From: Chiloscyllium plagiosum
Taxonomy: Eukaryota
Direction: 5' to 3'
Length of the DNA: 64,000 nucleotides
Assembly: GCF_004010195.1 (NCBI RefSeq)
Contig: NC_057719.1
Coordinates: 49,877,713 to 49,941,712 of the forward strand
The notes beneath the pieces were generated by a model. That model worked only from the letters and a program-made list of their open reading frames with translations, did no database searches and was not told the DNA's origin. Positions 1 through 10,509 of the stretch are shown here, one piece after another (positions within the stretch are counted from its first letter, which is position 1; every line of letters starts with the position of its first letter). Position numbers and translations under genes: made by a program.

Positions 1-118
1 TTAGCCTGCTGGACACACTTTCCTCATTCCTGAAGAAGGGCCTATGCCTGAAACGTTGATTCTCCTGTTCTCTGTATGCTGCCTGACCTGCTGCGCTTTT
101 CCAGCAACACATTTTCAA
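1..118 (+). mobile_element. Penelope-like element terminal repeat (pLTR, family A) fragment with minimal hammerhead motif
   Basis: CTGAAGA-AGGGC-CTAT-GCCT-GAAA-CGTT at 30-57, followed by GCTGCCTGACCTGCTGCGCTTTTCCAGC. The same terminus ends the RT/GIY-YIG element at 58655-62150. Confidence 0.75.
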
Positions 119-446
119 CATTGTAAATGTTTCCAACATTGACAGGATAAGGGATTTTAAGAAATATGACAGCATCTTAAATTATATTCATAGACTGCTA
201 CGGCAAAAAAAACTTTTGAAATGGCTCCTCACTTTGAAGTTGATATTTTTAATTGTTTGTTATGCTGCCTGACCTGCTGCGCTTTTCCAGCAACACATTT
301 TCAACATTGTAAATGTTTCCAACATTGACAGGATAAGGGATTTTAAGAAATATGACAGCATCTTAAATTATATTCATAGACTGCTACGGCAAAAAAAACT
401 TTTGAAATGGCTCCTCACTTTGAAGTTGATATTTTTAATTGTTTGT
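75..446. repeat. Perfect 186-bp tandem duplication
   Basis: 75-260 and 261-446 are identical by eye, including the A8 run. Confidence 0.95.
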
Positions 447-1364
447 TCAAGTGATTGAGCCCTACCTGAGGCATGGATGCACTCTTTATGGAGAAGCAAG
501 CAATATTTAATAATTTGAAGAAGGAAATTTATTTGCAATTCGTCTAAATCACTCACTGTCCTACTAGCAAGGTAGCATGTGATTCATTAAACCCAACTCT
601 CCAGCTGTTCCCATAATAGCTGCATAAGGGGTTTGTTCAGATTCATAATACATCTGTGGAATAGCAGTCTATTTCTCATATTCAGTGCTCATTTATCTCA
701 AATTGCTTTTGTAATTAAAAATATTAAACATGCAATTTAACTGAGATGAACTTGGGGACCCATGAGTGTGCTCCATGTTAAATTTCTCTTGCACTTTGAT
801 TGTTCTTATTGTTAAAACTACTTTTTGTGTTTTAAATAGATGTTACCAACTGGAAAATTAGGTAAAATCAAGGATACTGTCTCTGCTAATTGTTCATTGC
901 TGCTTGCAAGGGTAATTATGATGGGCCTGTGAAGTGGCTACTGGGGTGTGAGCTGAAGCATGCAAACAAGGTTAACGTTCACTTAACAGACTGTGTAATG
1001 ACATTTTCATCATTCACCAAAGTGGACATCTACAATTGTTAAATGCTATGCTTTAGAAAGATCTCTGTTAAGACCCAGAAAAAAAGATTGCAAACCTTTT
1101 TGAATATTTAGCCTTGTTGTTTTATCTGTGTTATTTTCACTTCATTTTTATGTACCAATTGTTACTTGCTGCAGTATCTTGGTCACAACAGCCTTAATGG
1201 GTTTTCCCATAATACTCTTCAATGGCAATGGTTTCAGACGAAAGAAGAACAAAACCATGGTTGAGATGTCAGGCGACATTAGAGGAGTTCTATATGAGCT
1301 CAAAGTGCATACCAGGATCAAATGTAAACCCCCTTATGTCAGATAAGCTATGTCTGTGGATGAA

Positions 1365-1575
1365 TAAGTAAAATACTGTGAATGCTGGATGTCTGAAATA
1401 TAAACAAAAATTGTGAGAAAAACTCAATAGACATGGCCCCAACTGCAGGGAGAGGACCAGAGTTCAGAAGGTCTGAAGAACAGTCATATTGCTCAAAATG
1501 TTAACTCTGTTTCTCTGTAAACAGGTGCTGCCAGACCTGTTGAGTTTCTCTGACACCTTCTGTTCTTGTTTCAGA
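1365..1575. mobile_element. Old fold-back (inverted) PLE terminus pair, family B
   Basis: Minus-oriented pLTR half, then a plus-oriented half with degenerate CTGAAGA..AAATGTTAACTCTG..GCTGCCAGACCTG. Confidence 0.55.
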
Positions 1576-2799
1576 CTCTTTATGTTTTGGGAATCATTTC
1601 AGGTGCCATTAAGCCATCTAGACCAATGAACAACCAGCTGTCCACAGATGAATAAAACAAGCGCCTGATGATTCATTTACCTGAGTAATTTCATCCCAGT
1701 TTTCAAACGCGACCAACAGAGGCTGAATAATTTTACAGTGACTGAATTTCTAAAGTGTATCACATTCTATTACATCCTGTGCAATACCACCATACATATA
1801 TATTATGAAGAATTCCACTCCCTGAATAGCTTATTCATGATCACTGAACTGTACAGTACAAATTAATCCTTTCATCAATTTTGAGGCAATCCACCATGCC
1901 ATCAAAAAATTACTAACAAAAGTAATTTCTGGAATCATTATTTTCTGGCACCTTGTCTTACGTCACATGTGCGGTATTTGAAAACACAGCAGTTAAACAC
2001 AGCTTTATTAAGGGACTAGCACTTAAAACTCTACCTTTTGTGTCAGGGTAACTGGTTTCTTTCTCCCCCTCATGAGGAAACAATACATCCTTAAGGTTCT
2101 GCATAACTCTGACCTGATCTGGAGAGGAGAGTCGGGAAACCAGGATTGGTGGAACAAGCAGCTTTCCCACACTGGCCACCTAATATTTCACTTGCAGAAA
2201 TTGTCACAGCAAAGCTTGCTTGCAGACATTCTGACTGCTGCCTGTTTTCTTTCAATACAATCCCTTCAGAATACAGGTCAACATCACATCCACACTCTGC
2301 GATTGTCAGAGAAAACTGCAAGCAGGGGTGTGCTAATGCCATGGCTGACCAGCTGCAAGTGACCTCCCCTACTCCACTCCATCCCATCCCACTCTCACAA
2401 CCCCAAATCTCTACCACAAACTGTTTCCATGCTGTGTGACTATGAGACTATGATCCCCCGCCATCCTCCACAAACGCCATCTGGTACATGCAGATTTCAT
2501 AAAATTCCATCAGGTGTATCCTTTTCCTCCTGCGTTTTGCATTATCACCAGACCTGTATATACTATACTGATCGCATTGTCTAAGTCATTGATAAAGTTT
2601 GGCAATAACTGAAGCCCCAGCTTACAGCATTCCACTAATAACAACTTGCCCATCTAAATTCATTGTTTATTCCGATTCTCTGTCCTCCAACCAGTTTTCG
2701 TGTCTAATGAAGGTCTGTTTGAATCAAAGCAAGAAATGAAAGGGAGGGAGAAACTTGGAAACTTACAGGTATCGGGGAAGTGCTACTAACTGGAAAATT

Positions 2800-3142
2800 C
2801 TTTATTAGGCATCGCTGGCTAGGCCAGTGTTTATTGCCCATGCCTAACTGACCACAAGGCAGTGAAGAGTCAACCATGTTGCCATGGGTCTAGAATCACA
2901 TGTAGGCAAGACTAGGTAAGGATGGTAGTTTCCTTCCATCAAGGACATTAGTGGACCAGGTGGGTTTCACCTGACAACTGACACCAGCTTCATAATCATC
3001 ATTAGATTCGTAGTTCCAGATTTTTAATTGAATCCCAATTCGACCATGGGCTGCTGCAGGATTTGAACGCGGGTCTCCAGATCATTTCTGGGGTGTCTGG
3101 ATTAATAGGCTAGTGATAAAGCCACTAAGTCGTTGCCTTCCC
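2800..3142 (-). mobile_element. tRNA-derived SINE sharing its 3' tail with a CR1-type LINE
   Basis: Minus strand has A-box-like and B-box-like (GTTCAAATCC) motifs. The 3' end GGGCAATAAACACTGGCCTAGCCAGCGATGCC matches the LINE ends near 13800, 21560 and 33340. Confidence 0.65.
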
Positions 3143-3199
3143 TCAACTGTTGGAGCTCCAAGTTGACAAGCCCTAGATCCTTGTTGATTTCATTCTCAG

Positions 3200-3375
3200 G
3201 TCTTAAAATAAGTTCCTCGTGAAATAGTTGATTCATTGTATTTAGTTTTCCAAGATTCCCTAGATTCAGGTAAGATTCCATTAGATTGGAAAAATGCAAA
3301 CGTTATTCTTTTATTTTAAAAGGGAAGGAGACAGGAAACTACAAGCTAGTTAGCTTAACATCTGTCAAAGTGAAA
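3200..3375 (+). mobile_element. Old CR1 LINE RT fragment
   Basis: Encodes decayed DWKNANV..NYKLVSLTSV, typical of the CR1 RT N-terminal region. Confidence 0.65.
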
Positions 3376-4233
3376 GTAATAAAGCAAAAACAAAGCTGGA
3401 AAAAGCTTGGTAGGTCTGGCAGCATCTGTGAAGAGAAATCAAAGTCAATGTTTTGGGTGTCATGACTCCTCCTCAGAACTGATGGTAGCTAGGAAAATGT
3501 CGGTTTATATGCAGAAGGTGGGGGGACGTGGTAAGAAGTACACGATAGGTGGCGTTACAGCCCAAAGAGAGAGGGGCACATTGGACAGACAAAGGATTAG
3601 ATAACAATCTTGCTGGGAGAGTGAATAGCTGTTAATGGGGAATAAATGTTAATCACCTCCATCCAGGGCCCAAAATTGTCCTTCCAGGTGAGACAGAGGT
3701 TCTCTTCCTGCCTCTCTTCCAACCTAGTTTACTGTATCAGGTGCTCTGATGTGGTCTTCTCTACATTGGGGGGACTGAACGTAAACTTAAGGAATGGTTC
3801 ACTGAGCATCGCAGCTGGGTTCGCAGGGGCTGACCGTACCTCCCAGTCACCGCCCATTTCAGTTCCCCCAATCACTTCCTTTCCAACATGACCATCCTTG
3901 GCCTCCTCCATTGCCAAAACAAACCACAGCGCCTACTGGAGGAACAACACCTTATCATCCGCCTGGGCACCCTACAACCTGGAGCACTCAACAATGAGTT
4001 CTCCAATTTCAAATAACCTCCCTCCCCATTCCCCAACTCCCTTCCCAGCCCGTCCCCCTTCCTTCCACTGCCCCCTGCCACCAACCAGATTCATTCCTCC
4101 CATTAACCAACCAGGTCATACTCTCTCCCTGTCTTCACCTATCCCCCACTTCACCACCCTGCCCCCAACACCCCCTTTATCTGCAGCTACCCCTCACCTA
4201 TCGCCAGTCCTGAAGAAGGTTACAGTCCTGAAG

Positions 4234-4550
4234 GTGTGGCATAGTGGCTCAGTGGTTAGCACTGCTGCCTTACAGCACCAGGGTCCCATGTTCGGTTCCA
4301 GCCTCGGGCGACTGTCTGTGTGGAGTTTGCACATTCTCCCTGTGTCTGTGTGGGTTTCCTCTGGTTGCTCCGGTTTCCTCCCACAGTCCAAAGATGTGCA
4401 GGTTAGGTGAATTGGCCATGCTAACTTGCCCATAGTGTTAGGCGCATTAGTCAGAGGGAAATGGGTCGGATTGGGTTACTCTTCGGAGGGTCGGTGTGGA
4501 CGTGTTTGGCCGAAGGGCCTCTTTCCACACTTAAGAAACTTATCTAAACT
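4234..4550 (+). mobile_element. HE1-type V-SINE
   Basis: tRNA head TGGCTCAGTGGTTAGCACTGCTGCC, V-domain TGTGTGGAGTTTGCACATTCTCCC..GGTTTCCTCCCACAGTCCAAAGATGTG, CR1-like tail GGCCGAAGGGCC. Confidence 0.9.
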
Positions 4551-4581
4551 AATCAATGCAAAAGCTCAGGTTAAAGCATAT

Positions 4582-4902
4582 GGGTGGCATTGTGGCTCAG
4601 TGGTTAGCACTGCTGCCTCATAGCGCCAGGGACCTGGGATCGATTCTAGCCTTGGGCGACTGTCTATGTGGAGTTTGCACATTCTCCCCGTGTCTGTGTG
4701 GGTTTCTGCCGGGTGCTCCGGTTTCCTCCCACAATCCAAAGATGTGCAGGTCAGGTGAATTGGCCATGCCAAATTGTCCATAGTGTTAGGTGCATTACTC
4801 AGCGGGAAATGGGTCTGGATGGGTTACTCTTCGGAGGGTCGGTGTGGACTTGTTGGGCCGAAGGGCCTGTTTCCACACTGTAGGGAAGCTAATCTAATCT
4901 AA
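4582..4902 (+). mobile_element. HE1-type V-SINE
   Basis: Same structure as 4234-4550, with an (AATCT)n tail. Confidence 0.9.
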
Positions 4903-5129
4903 TTTACACCCAAAATGTCAAGTTCTGCACCTCCTGATGTTGCCTGGCTTGCTGTGTTCTTCCAGCCTCCAGCCTGTCTACTTTGGATTCCAGCATCTGC
5001 AGTATTTTTGTCTCTAGCTGTTAATGGATACTGTCAGTGGATAACAATAGGTAGTGTGTAATGTAATTTAATGTAATCTATGAGATAACGAAACCTGGTA
5101 TGTGGGGTAGGGAGCTAGGGAGGACATAA

Positions 5130-5875
5130 ACTAACCATGGTTAATCAAGGAAGTTAGGAATAGCATTACATTGAAAGAAAACATATATAATGTGGCAGAA
5201 TTAGTGGTAAGCCAGAGAATTGAACCAACAAAAGACAGTCAATAAATAATAAAGAGCGAGACAATGCACATGGAGGGTTACCTTGCAAGTAATATCAAGA
5301 TGGAATTTCTTTATTCTATAACAAGAAAGAAAGAGTCCAAAGTTAACAGAGGCTTTTTACAGATCGACCCTGGGGAAATAATAATAGGGAACAAGGAAAG
5401 GGCAGAAAAGTTGAACAAAATCTTTACACCATCTTCATAATAGAACACACTAATAGTATTCCAAAACTATTAAAATATCAAAGGGTAAAAAGAGGAGACG
5501 ATACATATACAATGACAATCCTTGGAGCCATGACTTGGAGGACCCGGTGTTGGACTGGGGTGGACAAAGTTAAAAATCACACAACACCAGGTTATAGTCC
5601 AACAGGTTTATGTGGAAGTCCCATGATATGGAGGTGCTGGCTTCCAAATAAACCTGTTAGACTATAACCTGATGTTGTGTGATTTTTAAATTAATCCTTG
5701 GAAAAAAACTATTAGGGAAAACAATGGGACTAAAGACAGTTAAGTCCCCTGGCCCTAATTTGGTGAATCCCAAGACATTAAAAGTAACTACAGAGATAGT
5801 GGATGCATTGGTGGTAATCTTATAAGAATCCTTAGATTCTGGTAATATGCCAGAAGATTGAAAAACTGCAATTTG
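5130..5875 (+). mobile_element. Old CR1 LINE ORF2 fragment, interrupted at 5527-5692
   Basis: Decayed KSPGP..LVVIFIRILRFW / DSG..PED*K CR1 motifs. Confidence 0.55.
5527..5692. mobile_element. Fold-back PLE terminus insertion, family C
   Basis: Inverted arms TTAAAAATCACACAACACCAGGTTATAGTCCAACAGGTTT and AAACCTGTTAGACTATAACCTGATGTTGTGTGATTTTTAA. TSD AATCCTTGGA at 5517-5526 and 5693-5702. Confidence 0.85.
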
Positions 5876-5904
5876 CTGTAATTTTCTCTCTTTTGTCTTT
5901 TGTG

Positions 5905-6532
5905 AATAGTACTTTTATTGGTCAGAGTATTGAGTACAGGAGTTGGGAGGTCATGTTGCGGCTGTACAGGACATTGGTTAGGCCACTGTTGGAATATTGC
6001 GTGCAGTTCTGGTCTCCTTCCTATCAGAAAAATGTTGTGAAACTTGAAAGGGTTCAGAAAAGATTTACAAGGATGTTGCCAGGGTTGGAGGATATGAGCT
6101 ATAGGGAGAGGTTGAGACTGTTTTCCCTGGAGTGTCGGAGGCTGAGGGGTGACCTTATAGAGGTTTACAAAATTATGAGGGGCATGGATAGGGTAAATAG
6201 GCAAAGTCTTTTCCATGCGGCCGGGGAGTCCAGAACTAAAGGGCATAGGTTTAGGGTGAGAGGGGAAAGATATAAAAGAGACCTAACGAGCAACTTTTTC
6301 ACGCAGAGGGTGGTACGTGTATGGAATGAGTTGCCAGAGGAAGTGGTGGAGGTTGGTACAATTGCAACATTTAAGAGGCATTTGGATGGGTATATGAATA
6401 GGAAGAGTTTGGAGGGATATGGGCCCGGTGCTGGCAGGTGGGACTAGATTCGGTTGGGATGTCTGGTCGGGATGGACGAGTTGGACCAAAGGGTCTGTTT
6501 CCATGCTGTACATCTCTATGACTGTATAACTC
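5905..6532 (+). mobile_element. CR1 LINE 3' end (young family)
   Basis: ORF 5893-6447 contains LYRTLVRPLLEYCVQFWSP, LERVQKRFTRMLPGL, RRLRGDLIEVYKI and FFTQRVVRVWNELP. Tail is (CTCTATGA)-like. Confidence 0.95.
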
Positions 6533-7811
6533 TAGTGTTACATTTACTCTTTGTTGATCCATTAGGACTATTCCAGAATCTAAAGATTTTTGAAAGATCT
6601 TAGAAAATTTCATAAAATCCTAATTAGTACATATTTATCATCTCTGTAAATTCGTTATTCCCCATGATAATCTGCCTTGTCCCAACCTCTAAAGAATTCC
6701 GATATTTTTGCTATGCTGTCTTTTTTATATGAATACCAAAAATCTTATATTTTTAAAAAATTTTGTGCTGGTTTAGTCTCATGTTTTATTTCCTCCCTCT
6801 TTATCAAATGTTTGCTAATCCTTTGCCAGTTTCTCCTAATCCTTAGATTTATTACTTTGCTTGGCTGGCTTTCTTTTAATCATATATCATCCTTAAACTC
6901 TTTAGTTAATCACAGATGGATTAGTTTTCCTGGGCAGTTTTTATTTCTCATTGAGAATTCAGAAATATCTCAAAACATTTGCCATTGCTTATCTAACATC
7001 AACCCTTTATATTATATGTTCTACCTTGGTTGACTGTCTCCCAACCTAGCTGTTGCTGGAGCAAATTCATGCAGGAGTGGATAGGCCAAGTGGAGTAAGT
7101 GGTCCCTCTGGGCTGCTGCGCTCTCTTCATATTTGGCATTCAGCACCTGGGATAGACAGATCTTAAGAGAGTACTGTCTGATTCATGAATCAGAAGAAAT
7201 GTGAGCAATAATAACAGATATTTTCAGTCATAAGAATGCCTACAAACGGAAGTTTTATTGTCACATAGCTTTTAATACCATCAACTCAAATATGACAGCT
7301 TCTCCCTCTCTCACAGACTCCCTAGGTATGTTTCCCCAGAAGTTCCAGAGTTTCATTCTCATATTTGAGGTGGCTGATGTTTGCCATTTCTCTATCCATG
7401 CTAGTTTTTTGCTTCTGGTTCCTGTTCCATTACAACAATTTAGGCACCAGCTAATTTTCGAAGTGTTATCATCCAGTCTGCAGACACCCCATTGTGCACG
7501 TTATCAGGTACAGTTAATGTAGCAATTGCTTGTTTTCTCAAACATAGGATGAGATGTGACCTGCTGTGCTGTTGGCAATTCCATTAAGGCTGCCTGCCTC
7601 TATTTTCCCTCTCAAATAATACAGCAGCAGTCAGCAAAGGGATTCTCATCAATATCTGATGCTGCACAGTCAATAAGCAACTCCCATCTCCCATTCTTGC
7701 TACCTGGCCGCGGAAAGTTTAATTGAATGTTTGTGTATATTCCCAGTGATGTTATAAAAATTCTCCTTATACTATACACTGGAAAATGAACATTAAAGAC
7801 ATGCCTCTTAG

Positions 7812-8800
7812 AGACATAGAGTCATAGAGCTGTACAGCACAGAAACAGACCCTTCAGTCCAACTTGTCCATGCTGACCAGACATCCTCACATAATCTAAT
7901 CCCATTTGCCAGCACTTGGCCCATATCGGTCTAAACCCTTCTTATTCTTGTATCCATCCAGATGTCTTTTAAATTTGTAATCGTACCAGCCTCCATCACT
8001 TCCTCTGGCAGCTCATTCCATACACATACCACCCTCTGCGTGAAAGAGTTGCCCTTAGGTCCCTTTTAAATCTTTTCCCTCTCACCCTAAACCTATGCCC
8101 TCTAGTTCTGTAGTCCCCTAACCAAGGGAAAAGACATTGTCTATTTACCCTATCCATGTCCCTCATGACTTTACAAACCTCTGTAAGGTCACTCCTCAGC
8201 CTCCAACACTGTAAGAAAAACAGCTCCAGTCTATTCAGCCTCTTCATATAGCTCAAACCCTCCAACCTTGGCAAAATCCTTGTAAATCTTTTCTGAACCC
8301 TTTCAAGTTTCACAACATCCTTCCTATAGAAGAGAGACAAAAATTGCACACAATATTCCAAAAGTGATCTAACCACCGCCGTGCACAGCCACAACATCAC
8401 CTCCCAACTCCCATACTCAATATGCTGACCAGTAAAGGAAAGTATACTAAATGCCTTCTTCACTATCCTATCTGCCTGTCCACTTTCAAGGAGCTATAAA
8501 CCTGCACTCCAAGGTCTGTTTGTTCAGCAACACTCCCCAGGACCTTATCATTAAGTGCATAAGTCCTGTTCTAATTTGCCTTTCCAAAGTGCAGCATCCC
8601 ACATTTATCTAAATTTAACTCCACCTGCCACTCCTCAGCTGATTGGCCCATCTGATCAAGATCCTGTTGTACGCTGAGGTAGCTTTCTTCGCTGTCCACT
8701 ACACCTCCAATTTTGGTGTCATCTGCAAACATACTAAGTGTACCTCCTATGATCACATCTAAGTCATTTATATAAATGACAAAAAGCAGTGGACCACAAA
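7812..8800 (-). mobile_element. CR1 LINE 3' ~1 kb
   Basis: ORFs 8571-8828 ([22 protein letters not shown]) and 7996-8463. Confidence 0.95.
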
Positions 8801-9614
8801 ATGAATAAAAATAGGATCCTATCGACATTCCCCTTTCATCAAGGTTCTGAATTATTTAGTGAACAATTGTAGAAACAGGATTGATATTTTATAATTGTTA
8901 TTGCTTGAGGTCTAGTTCATGAGGATATGTTATTCTGAGGTACTAAGCACAGGAATAATTATTCTGTCTGCCAAACTATTGGGAGAATCTGAAGTTCACA
9001 AAACACTGCAATCACTAATCTTTCTGAAACTGTAGGGAAAAAAAAACTCAATACCCTTATACTATCAAGAAAATTCACATTCGTTGTCAGGAATGCATAT
9101 CAAGAAGGGAAGCGTGAATTGTGTGTCTAATAAGAACCAATGAATATTTATGCTCCTTGGTTTGAACAGTTTCAATGCATGAATATTATATTACATGACA
9201 TATTGTGAAAAATCAATTAAATAAATCGTTATTCCAATAGATTTCATCAAATGAAATGATGTGGAAAATAAGTTGCATTTAGGTGTCACCAAATATTCTT
9301 TCATAAAGAAGCCTCCCAGGTCTGTTTTAATGGATACCAGTGCATAAATGCATATTCTGCTTTGCAAGGCTTACAGCTCACATTGAATTAAATGTTGACA
9401 TATGTAGAGTTGTGAATACCATAAGCTAATTTATATTCAGTTCAAAATCACCTGACTGTCACACAAGTGAGAATCTACATGTCATTAAATGCTTTAATAG
9501 CTTTTCAATTGGTTTAATCTCTTAAGCAGCAAGATGGTATTCCATATACCATTCCAAAATAGTCAAGGTTCAATAATTTAAAATGTTATTATTGGCTAAA
9601 CTACAGTACAGGAT

Positions 9615-9815
9615 AGACAAGCAGGAGGCTGGAAGAACTCAATAAGCCAGGCAGCATCAAAAGGTGGAGAGGTCAATGTTTCGGATCTAACCCTTCTTCA
9701 GGTAACCTTTCGGGTTACTCCGGAAACGTTGCCTTCTCCACCTCCTGATGCTGCCTGGCTTGTTGTGTTCTTCCAGCTTCTACCTTGGATTCCAGCATCT
9801 GCAGTTTTTATTTTA
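9615..9815. mobile_element. Fold-back PLE terminus insertion
   Basis: GCTGGAAGAAC..AAGCCAGGCAGCATCA inverted against TGATGCTGCCTGGCTT..GTTCTTCCAGC. Hammerhead remnants meet at the centre (9675-9730). Confidence 0.8.
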
Positions 9816-10509
9816 TCTCAAATCACAGCGCATAACATTCTTGTCAGGATCCTCAGTTTTCTGTAGTTTCCCATCATTTGCATTTCTCCACTTCAAGGCA
9901 ATCCAAAGATATATGACATACCACTAAAGTGTCTTGTACTGATCACTAGCATTGGATGCCTTGATCTTTTATTTCTGATTTGTTCATTTACTTCTTTTAT
10001 GAATGGCAAATTTGGAATTTTATGTTGATAAACAGACACATCCTACTCTACTTTGACTGGCAGACAGGATGCCAATCCTAACCACAAACTGGCATCAAGT
10101 TTTAGTTAAAGCCAACAGTAGCATTGAAATTCATAAATAATAAATTGGTACAATAGTGCTAATTTACAGCACTAAAAGACACCAATCTTTGACTCGTTCA
10201 CCTGAAATGCAAAAATATATGTGATTTCAATGAAACAACATTAAGTTCTTCATAATTGACAATTTATAGGCTCAGCTCTGTTAATTGACTTTTATAATAA
10301 ATTAATAAACAACAGAAATCAAAAACAATTGTCATTTTCTACATATATATTTCTTTATGATCTATTTAGCAAGAAAATTATTCAAACTGTATGCAACTAT
10401 TACCGGTATGCATGTTTGGGGAATGTAAGTTTTTTTAAAAACTTAATTTGGTCTTCAAAATGGTATATCATATTTTGTTTACCTGCACTCAACCTGTTTA
10501 TCGAGGACT

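Larger units (their letters stand above)
3639..5014 (+). mobile_element. Penelope-like retroelement 3' portion (GIY-YIG remnant plus pLTR), interrupted by two HE1 SINEs
   Basis: NLVYCIRCS.. GIY-YIG remnant (ORF 3646-3891), pLTR end at 4905-5014, and 13-bp TSD at 3626-3638 and 5015-5027. Confidence 0.8.
3380..5125 (-). mobile_element. PLE family B 3' end (3380-3638 plus 5015-5125), split by a second PLE
   Basis: Reverse pLTR with degenerate hammerhead near 3445-3476. The two halves are joined by the TSD TAGCTGTTAATGG. Confidence 0.6.
466..10077 (-). pseudogene. Candidate decayed multi-exon protein-coding gene, 3' cluster (unidentified)
   Basis: AG..GT-bounded minus-strand segments: 9922-10077 (GLASCLPVKVE*DVSVYQHKIPNLPFIKEVNEQIRNKRSRHPMLVISTRHFS), 7279-7778, 7046-7146 (VLNAKYEESAAAQRDHLLHLAYPLLHEFAPATA, open), 1962-2315, 1681-1776 (DVIECDTL*KFSHCKIIQPLLVAFENWDEITQ), 1166-1289 and 466-653 (..VSDLDELQINFLLQIIKYCLLLHKECIHAS). 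Phases are compatible for several neighbours. In-frame stops and apparent frameshifts are present. Confidence 0.4.

Noticed and set aside
5893..6447. 184-aa ORF (and the 205-aa ORF at 35641-36258) as host genes
   Set aside because: Both are 5'-truncated CR1 ORF2 C-termini present several times in the window.
466..10077. Naming the candidate gene (NWD1/NWD2, TTC41, MCMDC2, DNHD1)
   Set aside because: Only short motif-level resemblances from memory, with inconsistent spacing or order; a real search is needed.
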